In this document: piece by piece, positions 8,666 to 17,249 of the stretch | Layout: each line of letters begins with the position of its first letter | Position numbering within the stretch: the first letter of the stretch is position 1 | NCBI GenBank assembly: GCA_965216675.1 | Contig: CBDCGK010000004.1 | Coordinates: 5,071,650-5,135,649, forward strand | Direction: 5' to 3' | Source: Acidimicrobiales bacterium | Lineage (GTDB): Bacteria; Actinomycetota; Acidimicrobiia; Acidimicrobiales; SZUA-35 | DNA: 64,000 nt | Translations under genes and position numbers: made by a program | The notes under the pieces: model-generated | Told to the model about the DNA's origin: nothing | Database searches by the model: none | The model's input: only the letters and a program-made list of their open reading frames with translations

Positions 8666-10443
8666 TTCCCCAACCGTACGCCACCGAGAAGACCATCAGG
8701 GTTCGCTGGCTCGGTCGGGTGCCCTATCGCGAGGCCTGGGATCTGCAGCAACGTCTGCACGCGGGGTCCGACAACCACCTGCTCCTCCTCGAGCACCCGC
8801 CCGTCTACACCCTCGGGCGCAGCGGTTCGGAGTCCAACATCTTGATCGACCCCGGTGCCGGCGACACCGAGGTGATTCGGGTCAACCGCGGTGGCGACGT
8901 CACCTTCCACGGGCCGGGCCAGGTGGTGGGCTATCCCATCGGTGACGTGGCCGGTCGACGAGGGGGCGGCATGGCCGACACCGCGGCCTACGTCGCCTCG
9001 GTGGAGAACTACCTGATTGCGGTGCTCGCCGATCTCGGCCTTACCGCCGGACGGCTCGAACGGTATCCGGGTGTCTGGATCGACGCCGACGGTGCCCGCC
9101 CCCGCAAGATCGCCGCCATCGGCGTGCGGCTGACCCGGGGCCGGTCGATGCACGGTTTTGCGCTCAATGTCGATGTCGATCTCGCCCGGTTTGCGCAGAT
9201 CGTGCCCTGCGGGATCGCCGAATACGGTGTGACGTCGCTGGTGGCCGAAGGGGTCGACGCCTCGATGGAGCAGGTTGTCGGCGCGCTGACCGACCGGGCA
9301 TCCGAGGTGTTCAGCGCGTCTCGGAACGGTGTTTCCCCCCACCAGGTCGAGTTCGCCGGCGAGGTCTTCCGCCGCCGGCCCGAGGACCTCTCGGCGTTCA
9401 GCCGGGGTCTCGGTCCGGGCGCACCCACCGGGGCGGAAACGGCGGCGAACACCGGGGTTCCGGTTCGCCTCGGCCAGAGGCTGTCCGAGGCCGGAGTCGA
9501 CCCGGACACCGACATCGGCTGGCGTAAACCGTCATGGATGCGGGTCAAGCTGGCGACCGGCGAGAACTACAACCGCCTGAAGAAGACCTCAAAGGATCTG
9601 GCGCTGACGACGGTGTGCGAGGAGGCGGGCTGTCCCAACATCTTCGAGTGCTGGAACGAGGGGACCGCCACGTTCATGTTGCTGGGGGAGCGCTGCACCC
9701 GGGCCTGCGGCTTCTGTCTCGTCGACACCCGCAAACCGCAGGCGGTCGACACCGACGAACCACGTCGGGTTGCCGAAGCCGTTCGCGAACTGGGTATCGA
9801 CTTCGCGGTGCTGACGATGGTGGCCCGGGACGACCTGACCGACGGTGGCGCCGACATCGTGGCCCGCACCGTCGACGGGATCCGGGTTCTCGCCCCCGGA
9901 GTCGGTGTCGAGGTCTTGATCTCCGATCTGGCCGGGTCGGCCGACAGCCTGGCCACCGTGGCCGCCTCCAGACCCGACATCCTCAACCACAACATCGAAA
10001 CCGTGGCCCGACTGCAGCGGGCCGTGCGTCCGTCTGCTTCCTACGCCCGGAGCCTCACGGTGCTGGCCCGGGGCGCCGATCACGGCTTGGTGACCAAATC
10101 GGGCCTCATCGTCGGGATGGGCGAGACGTTCGACGAGGTGGTGGCGACGCTGGCCGATCTGGCGGCGGTCGGGGTGCGTATCGTGACCATCGGCCAATAC
10201 CTGCGGCCCACCTCGCACCATCTTCCGATCGCCCGGTGGTGGGAGCCGTCGGAGTTCGAGGCGTTGAAGCGGATCGGTGAGAACGAGATCGGGATCGACC
10301 ATGTGGAGTCGAGCCCGTTGACCCGTTCCAGCCATCATGCGGGCTCGGTGGCCCAGGACCTCAACCCGACGGGGTATCGGGAGGCCCGACCGACGTTGGT
10401 CGAGATCGGGGTCAAGCCGGGGTCCCCCGGCGAAGCGGGGTAG
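8650..10443 (+). CDS. lipB/lipA: Fused octanoyltransferase LipB / lipoyl synthase LipA
   Basis: A single 597-codon ORF with no in-frame stop. The N-terminal part has LipB motifs (HPPVYTLGR, NRGGDVTFHGPGQVVGYP, KIAAIGVRL.RGRSMHGFALNV). The C-terminal part has LipA motifs (CEEAGCPNIFECW, radical-SAM CTRACGFCLVDT, IGQYLRPT). Confidence 0.85.
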   Translation: METVTVPQPYATEKTIRVRWLGRVPYREAWDLQQRLHAGSDNHLLLLEHPPVYTLGRSGSESNILIDPGAGDTEVIRVNRGGDVTFHGPGQVVGYPIGDVAGRRGGGMADTAAYVASVENYLIAVLADLGLTAGRLERYPGVWIDADGARPRKIAAIGVRLTRGRSMHGFALNVDVDLARFAQIVPCGIAEYGVTSLVAEGVDASMEQVVGALTDRASEVFSASRNGVSPHQVEFAGEVFRRRPEDLSAFSRGLGPGAPTGAETAANTGVPVRLGQRLSEAGVDPDTDIGWRKPSWMRVKLATGENYNRLKKTSKDLALTTVCEEAGCPNIFECWNEGTATFMLLGERCTRACGFCLVDTRKPQAVDTDEPRRVAEAVRELGIDFAVLTMVARDDLTDGGADIVARTVDGIRVLAPGVGVEVLISDLAGSADSLATVAASRPDILNHNIETVARLQRAVRPSASYARSLTVLARGADHGLVTKSGLIVGMGETFDEVVATLADLAAVGVRIVTIGQYLRPTSHHLPIARWWEPSEFEALKRIGENEIGIDHVESSPLTRSSHHAGSVAQDLNPTGYREARPTLVEIGVKPGSPGEAG

Positions 10444-10445
10444 AC

Positions 10446-10787
10446 CTACCGCTGTCCGGCGGTGGCGCCGGCTTTCATCGTCCGCCGCTTTCGCTCGACC
10501 GTGCCGAACCAGAGACGGGCGACGACGATCCACACGGCGTGGAGCAGCGCCATCACGTATGAACCCCGCACCAGCCAGCCGAGAAGAGCGACGCCGACGC
10601 CGAACTGGTGTCCGGCGAACGCAAGCCGCTTCTGACCGTTCACGATCGTTGTGAGGCGGGATGCCAACGGGAGCGCCAACGCGTAGCCGGCGATGAACAA
10701 CACGGTTGACACGGGATGCACCGGTCCAGTGTGCCAAACGCCTCGAGGTTCACCTCGTGCCCAGCCGGGCTGTGGCAGTCGACCCAC
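10446..10787 (-). CDS. Small integral membrane protein, unknown function
   Basis: 113-codon ORF with three hydrophobic helices (VLFIAGYALALPLA, FGVGVALLGWLV, VMALLHAVWIVVARLWF). It lies 25 nt downstream of the preceding minus-strand gene. Confidence 0.45.
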   Translation of the reverse strand: MGRLPQPGWARGEPRGVWHTGPVHPVSTVLFIAGYALALPLASRLTTIVNGQKRLAFAGHQFGVGVALLGWLVRGSYVMALLHAVWIVVARLWFGTVERKRRTMKAGATAGQR

Positions 10788-10812
10788 AGCACGGCTCGGG
10801 CCGGAGCAACAG

Positions 10813-11646
10813 TCAGCGAAGCTCGATGGCGTTGACGGAGGGGGCCTGTTCGGAGCGGGCCGAGCGGCGCAGATGCGAGCGGTCGACCGGCGGCCGTCGC
10901 TTGGCGTGGGCTTGTTCGAGCATGGCCCGGGTCCGACGACGCAACTCGGTCCGAAGGTCGGCCACGTGATCCCGCAGTTCGCCGTGGGCCAGCTCGAAGG
11001 CCGACAGCAGCCGGTCGTCGAGACACCATGGCGGCTCGCGCAGCAACCTCATCTCGGCCGCTGAGACCTCGAATTCGTAGCGTCCGACCGGGGTGAACAG
11101 GAGCCGGCCGGCCGACGAGATGATGGCCTTGCGGCGCAACTTGCCCTGCCACCAGGCCCCCACCTCGTTGATACGGCTGTCGATTGCCGCCGCATCGGTG
11201 AACTCGTCGACACCGGCCCGGGCCACGGCCACGGCCGCGGCGAGTATCGGGTCCGCGTTCGCGGCGTTCGGTTGCCGCCCGTCGGGTCGGGTCCCGGCCG
11301 CCGCGCCGAAGTCGGGGCGGGCCACGACGTCGACCGCGAACTGCTGGTAGGCCCGCATGAGCTCCTCCTGCTCATCGGCGATCACCTGGGTCATCTCGCT
11401 CAGGAATCGCTGGGCCCTCGGATGGGCCGTCTTCTCCCAGTAGTCCGACGGACGTGGTGCCCTGCCGTGGCGATACAGTTCGGCCACCTTGCGGTGGGAG
11501 GTCCAGAGGCGCTTGTCGGTCAGGTCATGGGCGGCGAGCGTCGTCTCCAGACGATGCGACAGCAGCCCGGCGATCGATGCGGCGCGTTGTCTGAAGCGGT
11601 CGTCGGCCGGATGCAGGCTGGTCGGGGCGTCGGGCGCGTTCTGCAT
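10813..11646 (-). CDS. Hypothetical protein (predicted helical, family not recognised)
   Basis: Start placed at ATG 11646 (MQNAPDAP...) because GGAAGGGGG lies 3-4 nt upstream on the minus strand. The longer track ORF (to 11817) would overlap the divergent peptidase gene. Confidence 0.55.
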   Translation of the reverse strand: MQNAPDAPTSLHPADDRFRQRAASIAGLLSHRLETTLAAHDLTDKRLWTSHRKVAELYRHGRAPRPSDYWEKTAHPRAQRFLSEMTQVIADEQEELMRAYQQFAVDVVARPDFGAAAGTRPDGRQPNAANADPILAAAVAVARAGVDEFTDAAAIDSRINEVGAWWQGKLRRKAIISSAGRLLFTPVGRYEFEVSAAEMRLLREPPWCLDDRLLSAFELAHGELRDHVADLRTELRRRTRAMLEQAHAKRRPPVDRSHLRRSARSEQAPSVNAIELR

Positions 11647-11764
11647 TACCCCCTTCCTGTCGGCGGCGTTCGGCCTTCCGGCAAGGGGCCGAACGGTCCA
11701 TTGTCGGTGCTGGGCCGCCTGCCGGCCCGCATCGGTGGGCCGGTACCCGGATACGATCTCAGCC

Positions 11765-12874
11765 ATGTTTGATGAGCGTCTCGACCGGGTTCGTGCGGCC
11801 ATGATCAGCCGCAACATCGATGCGTTGCTGCTGTCGGTCGGCTCCGACCTCCCCTGGCTCGTCGGCTATGAGGCGATGCCGCTCGAGCGGCTGACGATGC
11901 TCGTCGTCCCCGTCGATGGTCAACCCGAGCTGGTGATGCCGGCGCTCGAGGTGGCCCGGGTCGTGCCACGACCGGACGTGTTCTCGATCCGACCGTGGAC
12001 CGAGACGGAGGATCCGGTGCGGATCGTGGCCGACCGGGTACGCACCATGGGTTCCCTCGCCATCGGCGACCGCACCTGGAGCCGCTTCCTGGTGGCGCTG
12101 CAGCACGAGCTTCCGAACGCCGCCTGGTCGTCGGCCACCCCGGTGATCGGACCGTTGCGGGCCGTCAAGACCGCATCGGAGGTCGAACGGCTCCAGGCCG
12201 CGGCATCGGGTGTCGACCGGATCGCCGCTGCGCTCCAAGCCGGCGAGATCCCGCTCATCGGACGGACCGAGGCCGAGGTCTCGGCGGAACTCGGCCGTCG
12301 CATCCTGGCCGAAGGCCACGCCAGGATCAACTTCGCCATCGTCGCCGCCGGTGAGAACGCCGCCAGTCCGCACCATCATGCCGGCGACCGGGTCATCCAG
12401 CCCGACGAGGTGGTTCTGTGCGACTTCGGGGGTACGACCGCCGAACCCCACGGCGAGCCCGGCTACTGTTCCGACATCACCCGCTGCGTCTACACCGGGA
12501 CGCCACCCCCCGAATTCGCCGAGCAGTACGCGGCCCTTCTCGAAGCCCAAGCCTCCGCCGTTCAGGCGGCCACGGCCGGGACGTCGGCCGAAGCCGTCGA
12601 CCGGGTCGCTCGTGACCGCCTCGCCGCCGCCGATCTGGATCAGTGGTTCATCCACCGGTTGGGTCACGGCATCGGCGTCGAGGAGCACGAGGATCCCTAC
12701 CTGGTCGAGGGCAACACGGCCCCGCTCGAACCGGGCAACGCCTTCTCGGTCGAGCCCGGCTTCTACATCGACGGCAAATGGGGCGCCCGAATCGAGGACA
12801 TCGTGGTCTGCACCGACGATGGACCGCTCGCACTCAACCAGGCCGATCACGAACTCGCCGTCCTCGAAGCCTGA
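11765..12874 (+). CDS. M24 family Xaa-Pro aminopeptidase/dipeptidase
   Basis: From ATG 11765 the protein reads MFDERLDRVRAAMISRNIDALLL... It has a creatinase-like N-domain and a pita-bread domain with HRLGHGIGVEEHE, EPGFY and RIEDIV metal-ligand contexts. Confidence 0.85.
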   Translation: MFDERLDRVRAAMISRNIDALLLSVGSDLPWLVGYEAMPLERLTMLVVPVDGQPELVMPALEVARVVPRPDVFSIRPWTETEDPVRIVADRVRTMGSLAIGDRTWSRFLVALQHELPNAAWSSATPVIGPLRAVKTASEVERLQAAASGVDRIAAALQAGEIPLIGRTEAEVSAELGRRILAEGHARINFAIVAAGENAASPHHHAGDRVIQPDEVVLCDFGGTTAEPHGEPGYCSDITRCVYTGTPPPEFAEQYAALLEAQASAVQAATAGTSAEAVDRVARDRLAAADLDQWFIHRLGHGIGVEEHEDPYLVEGNTAPLEPGNAFSVEPGFYIDGKWGARIEDIVVCTDDGPLALNQADHELAVLEA

Positions 12875-12898
12875 CCGTTCCGTGACCGTGTCGTACCA

Positions 12899-13753
12899 GT
12901 GCTGAAACTCTCGGCGGCCAACGTCCTGCTGCAGTGGGCCACCGGCGGCCTGCTGTTCTGCTGGGTGACCACCCGGCATCGCCAAGTCGGCTTGGGATAT
13001 GGATGGCTGCTGCGCGCCGTCTACGGGCTGATGGCCCTCGGCTCGGCGTGGGCCGGTTGGCGTTTCGGCCCCGATCCGATTCGCGATGCGGCCGCACTCG
13101 GCGTGGCGGTGGCGACGGCTGCGGCGCTGGCCCAGTCGGTTGTGCGTCGTCGGGTCGGAGTGACCCACCAGAAGGAGCTGGCCGAGCAGAGATCGGCCCG
13201 GGTGGCGTCGATGACCGGCATCGATCGGGCCGCGACGGCCAAAGAAGGCACCGGGCCCGAGTTCGATCCCCGGCTCGACCTGATTGCGCCCGTGATTGGT
13301 CTCGTCGGGGTTGTGGCCGCCGGCCGTTTCGGTGATCCGGCCTGGTTGGCCACCGCGCGGCTGTTGGCCGGCGCCATGCTGTTGGGCGCGGTGAGCGATG
13401 CCATGCTGTTGGGGCACTGGTACCTCGTTCAACCCGGTCTGAACCGGCGGTACCTGAGCGAGCTCGTCGGTTGGACCGGGTGGACCTGGCTGGCCACCGT
13501 CGTCCTCCTGTTCGTCCCGACCGGCATGGTGTCGGTGCTCGGAGGCGACATCGACGACGGCTGGGGTGGTCTCCTCGGCTGGTTCTGGGTCGCCTGCGCG
13601 GTGGCCACCGCGGTGCTGGTCGGGGCTACCCGAGCCGCCCTGCGAGAGCGGCAGTACGCGGCGGTGATGGCCGCCACCGGCCTCCTCTATCTGGCGATCC
13701 TCACCGGATTCGGCACCGATCTGGTGGCCAGGGCCCTGCTCGTCGGAAGCTGA
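12899..13753 (+). CDS. Polytopic membrane protein, unknown function
   Basis: 284 aa with a GTG start and at least six hydrophobic segments. It lies 24 nt after the peptidase gene. Confidence 0.5.
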   Translation: MLKLSAANVLLQWATGGLLFCWVTTRHRQVGLGYGWLLRAVYGLMALGSAWAGWRFGPDPIRDAAALGVAVATAAALAQSVVRRRVGVTHQKELAEQRSARVASMTGIDRAATAKEGTGPEFDPRLDLIAPVIGLVGVVAAGRFGDPAWLATARLLAGAMLLGAVSDAMLLGHWYLVQPGLNRRYLSELVGWTGWTWLATVVLLFVPTGMVSVLGGDIDDGWGGLLGWFWVACAVATAVLVGATRAALRERQYAAVMAATGLLYLAILTGFGTDLVARALLVGS

Positions 13754-13851
13754 GTCCCGCCGGTCCGGCAAGACGTCGGCCAATCGGTCGCAGGTACCGT
13801 GCGATCAGGGCAGGCACTATCGTTGGAGCGGTACGGACCGAAGGGAACAGC

Positions 13852-14748
13852 ATGCCTCGTGCCATCTGGAGTGGAGCAATCAGCTTTGGTCTCGTCTCGG
13901 TGCCCGTGAAGCTCTACACGGCCGTCAGCCGCAAGAGTGTGCGGTTCAACCAGATCGACTCGAAGACGAACAGCCGCGTCAAACAGAAGCGGGTCAACGC
14001 CGAGGGTGACGAAGTGCCCTACGAGCAGATCGTCAAGGGCTACGAGATCTCGAAGGACTCCTACGTCATCGTCACCGAGGACGAACTGGCCGCCCTCTCG
14101 CCCAAGGCGTCCCGCATGATCGACATCACCGATTTCGTGCTGGAATCCCAGATCGACCCCGTCTTCTACGACGCCGCGTACTTTCTGGTGCCCGACGAGC
14201 TGGCTCGCAAGTCCTACACCCTGTTGTCGCGGGCAATGGAGGACAGCGGGCGGGTGGCCATCGCCACGTTCGTGATGCGGACCAAGCAGTATCTGGTGGC
14301 CATTCGCCCCACCGACGGCCGGCTCATGATGTCGACCATGGTCTACGCCGACGAGCTGGTGGCCCCCGAGGAGATTCCGGGTTTGACCGAACTCGATGAG
14401 ATCGACGTGTCCGACGCCGAGATGGCGATGGCCGGGCAGCTCATCGACTCCTTGGCCACCGACTTCGAGCCCGACCAGTACCGCGACGGCTACCGGGAAC
14501 AGGTACTCGATCTCCTCGAGCAGAAGGCCTCGGGTGAGATCCAGTCGATCGAAGCGGCCCCGGCCGCGGAGGAGGCGGCTGTCGTGGACCTGCTGGCCGC
14601 TCTCGAGGCGAGCGTCAACGCCGCCAAGGAGGCCCGCAAGAAGCCGGCACGGAAATCCGGTCAGAAGGCCACCAAGAAGGCCGGTGGCCGGAAAGGCAAA
14701 TCGGCGGAGTCCGACGACGAGGCGGAACAAGAGGCGAAGTCGGCCTGA
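13852..14748 (+). CDS. ku: NHEJ DNA end-binding protein Ku
   Basis: From ATG 13852 the protein reads MPRAIWSGAISFGLVSVPVKLYTA..., the canonical bacterial Ku N-terminus. It ends in a Lys-rich basic C-terminal tail. Confidence 0.9.
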   Translation: MPRAIWSGAISFGLVSVPVKLYTAVSRKSVRFNQIDSKTNSRVKQKRVNAEGDEVPYEQIVKGYEISKDSYVIVTEDELAALSPKASRMIDITDFVLESQIDPVFYDAAYFLVPDELARKSYTLLSRAMEDSGRVAIATFVMRTKQYLVAIRPTDGRLMMSTMVYADELVAPEEIPGLTELDEIDVSDAEMAMAGQLIDSLATDFEPDQYRDGYREQVLDLLEQKASGEIQSIEAAPAAEEAAVVDLLAALEASVNAAKEARKKPARKSGQKATKKAGGRKGKSAESDDEAEQEAKSA

Positions 14749-14772
14749 TCGGCTGAGCGACGGCGTTGATCC

Positions 14773-15690
14773 ATGGCACCACGGGACCCGGAACGAGTCG
14801 AGGTCGCGGTCGGTGGTCGCACTCTCAGCCTGTCGAACCTCGACAAGGTGCTGTATCCGGCCGTCGGCTACACCAAGTCACAGGTCATCAACTATTACGC
14901 GAGAATCGCCGAGGTCATGTTGCCCCACATCAGCGGGCGTTGTCTCACGCTGCGGCGGTGGCCCAACGGCGTCGATCAGCAGTCGTTCTTCGAGAAGCGC
15001 TGCCCCGGGCACCGACCTGATTGGGTACCGGTCGGGCTCGGCCCAGGTGATCACAAGGGCGGCATCGAATACTGCCGGATAGAGGAGGCGGCGGCATTGG
15101 TGTGGACGGCCAACCTGGCCGCCCTCGAACTGCACAGCCCGATGGCTCATTGCGGCGACATCGAGGCCCCGCACATCCTCGTCTTCGATCTCGACCCCGG
15201 TGAACCGGCTGGTATGGCCGAATGCTGCCGGGTGGCGATCGTCGTCCGCGACGTACTCGACGCCGTCGGTCTCCAGTCCTGGGCCAAGACCTCGGGGTCG
15301 AAGGGACTGCAGATCTATGTTCCGCTGAACTCACCGCATACCCATCACCACGCCTCCCGCTTCGCGCTGGCGGTGGGTCAGATGGCGGTCCGCGAGCTGC
15401 CGGACCTGGTCGTTGTGGAGATGACCAAGGCGCTGCGGGTCGGCAAGGTGTTCGTCGACTGGTCGCAGAACTCCCGGCACAAGACCACGATCGCGCCGTA
15501 CTCGTTGCGGGCCCGGCCGGAGCCGACGGTGTCGACGCCGCTGTCGTGGGAGGAGGTGGAGACCGGTGGTGAGGGAGCACCGCTGCGTTTCCTGGCCGAC
15601 GAGGTCCTCGACCGGGTCGCTGAGCACGGCGATCTCTTCGGACCCGTGGCGTCGCTCGTTCAGGCCCTCCCCGGTGGCGACGACGGCTGA
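14773..15690 (+). CDS. ligD: Stand-alone LigD polymerase/primase (PrimPol) domain protein
   Basis: 305 aa. The sequence LSLSNLDKVLYPAVGYTKSQVINYYARIAEVMLPHISGRCLTLRRWPNGV..QSFFEK matches the LigD-Pol pattern. No ligase or phosphoesterase domain is present. Confidence 0.85.
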   Translation: MAPRDPERVEVAVGGRTLSLSNLDKVLYPAVGYTKSQVINYYARIAEVMLPHISGRCLTLRRWPNGVDQQSFFEKRCPGHRPDWVPVGLGPGDHKGGIEYCRIEEAAALVWTANLAALELHSPMAHCGDIEAPHILVFDLDPGEPAGMAECCRVAIVVRDVLDAVGLQSWAKTSGSKGLQIYVPLNSPHTHHHASRFALAVGQMAVRELPDLVVVEMTKALRVGKVFVDWSQNSRHKTTIAPYSLRARPEPTVSTPLSWEEVETGGEGAPLRFLADEVLDRVAEHGDLFGPVASLVQALPGGDDG

Positions 15691-15691
15691 C

Positions 15692-15728
15692 CGGCAGCGA
15701 CTGCCGTAATGGGCGCGGTGGCCCATTA
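15692..15728. promoter_or_regulatory. Two adjacent hairpins/palindromes between ligD-pol and pepA
   Basis: The first is CGGCAG-cga-CTGCCG (15692-15706). The second is TAATGGGC-gcggtg-GCCCATTA (15707-15728, perfect 8-bp arms). The second arm overlaps a TAGTAT -10-like hexamer (15727-15732). Confidence 0.35.
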
Positions 15729-15740
15729 GTATTGGCCCCT

Positions 15741-17189
15741 ATGCCCAGCGTACGTACAGCAAAATCCATCCCGGCGGCGGCCACCGCAGTCGATGTTCCG
15801 ATGTCGACCGAGGAGGTTTCGAAGCTGCCGTCGGCCCGCAAGGCGGCGGTGAAACGGCAGGGTTTCGAGGGCAAGACGGGACAGACGCTGGTGCTGGCCG
15901 GTGGGGACGGCAAGCAGACCGAGGTCCTGGTCGGCGTCGGTCCGGCCGCCGAGGTGACCACCGCCAAGTTGCGCAAGGCCGCCGCCGCGTTCGCCCGAGC
16001 GGTCTCCCGGCACGAGTCGGCGGCAACCAATCTCGTCGGTCATGCCGGAGAGGTTGACACGGCCGATGCGCTCGCCGCGGTGGCCGAGGGGATCCGGCTC
16101 TCCACCTATCGTTTCAACCACCTTCGCTCCGAGTCCAGTCTGAAGAAGAACGAGGTGAAACTCCGGTCGGTGACCATCGTCGCCGAGGGCAAGGGGCTGC
16201 GTGCCGAGCTCAACCGGGCCAATGCCGTCATCGATGCCGTCGAACTGGCCCGAGACCTGGTCAACGAGCCGGGCGGATCGATGACCCCTCAGGCCTTCGT
16301 GGCCGCGGCCAAGAAGGCGACGGCTGACACCGGTGTGAAACTCACCGTCTGGAACCAGGCCCGCATCAAGCGTGAACGTCTGGGGGGTGTGCTGGCCGTC
16401 AACCAGGGCTCGGAGCACCCGCCTCAGTTCCTCCAGCTCCACTACAAGCCGGCCAAGGGGCGACCGAGGGCCAAGGTCGCTCTGGTCGGCAAGGGCATCA
16501 CGTTCGACTCCGGTGGCCTCTCGCTGAAGACCTCGACCGGCATGATGACCATGAAGATCGACATGGCCGGCGCGGCCGCCGTGCTCGCCACCATGGTCAC
16601 CCTGCCGGCGATCAAAGCCCCGGTCGAGGTCACCGGCTACATACCGTTGACCGACAACATGACCGGACCCGACGCCCAGCGACCCGGCGACGTGTTCACC
16701 GCCCGCAACGGTAAGACCGTCGAGGTGTTGAACACCGATGCCGAGGGCCGGCTGATCCTCGCCGACGCGCTCAGCCTGGCCGCCGAGTCCGATGCCGAGG
16801 CCATCATCGAGATGTCGACGCTCACCGGTTCGGCCACCGCCGCTCTCGGTCAGTCCTACGCCGCGCTCCTCGCCACCGACGACGAGCTCGCAGCCCGGAT
16901 GGAAGCCAGTTCGGAACGTACCGCGGAGAAGCTGTGGCGTCTCCCGTTGCCCGAGGAGTACCGCTCCCAGCTCGACTCATCCGTCGCCGATCTCCGCAAC
17001 ATCGGCACCAGCCCGTACGGCGGCGCCCTCATGGCCGGGCTGTTCCTGAAGGAGTTCGTCGGCGACAAGCCGTTCGCCCACATCGACGTCGGCCTGTCGG
17101 TCATCTCGGACGCGAGCAAGGGGATCAACGTCAAAGGGGCGACCGGGTACGGGGTTCGATTGCTGCTCGACACCCTGGCCGACTGGTAG
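15741..17189 (+). CDS. pepA: Leucyl aminopeptidase (M17)
   Basis: Carries the NTDAEGRLILADAL signature and VGKGITFDSGG. ATG 15741 lies 8 nt after TAGTAT (a leaderless-type arrangement). The track also allows TTG 15732. Confidence 0.9.
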   Translation: MPSVRTAKSIPAAATAVDVPMSTEEVSKLPSARKAAVKRQGFEGKTGQTLVLAGGDGKQTEVLVGVGPAAEVTTAKLRKAAAAFARAVSRHESAATNLVGHAGEVDTADALAAVAEGIRLSTYRFNHLRSESSLKKNEVKLRSVTIVAEGKGLRAELNRANAVIDAVELARDLVNEPGGSMTPQAFVAAAKKATADTGVKLTVWNQARIKRERLGGVLAVNQGSEHPPQFLQLHYKPAKGRPRAKVALVGKGITFDSGGLSLKTSTGMMTMKIDMAGAAAVLATMVTLPAIKAPVEVTGYIPLTDNMTGPDAQRPGDVFTARNGKTVEVLNTDAEGRLILADALSLAAESDAEAIIEMSTLTGSATAALGQSYAALLATDDELAARMEASSERTAEKLWRLPLPEEYRSQLDSSVADLRNIGTSPYGGALMAGLFLKEFVGDKPFAHIDVGLSVISDASKGINVKGATGYGVRLLLDTLADW

Positions 17190-17249
17190 CCGACGTCGCC
17201 CCGTTCTCGGCGGGCGATCCGGTCAACCGGGGGTGGGCGCTGCCGATAG

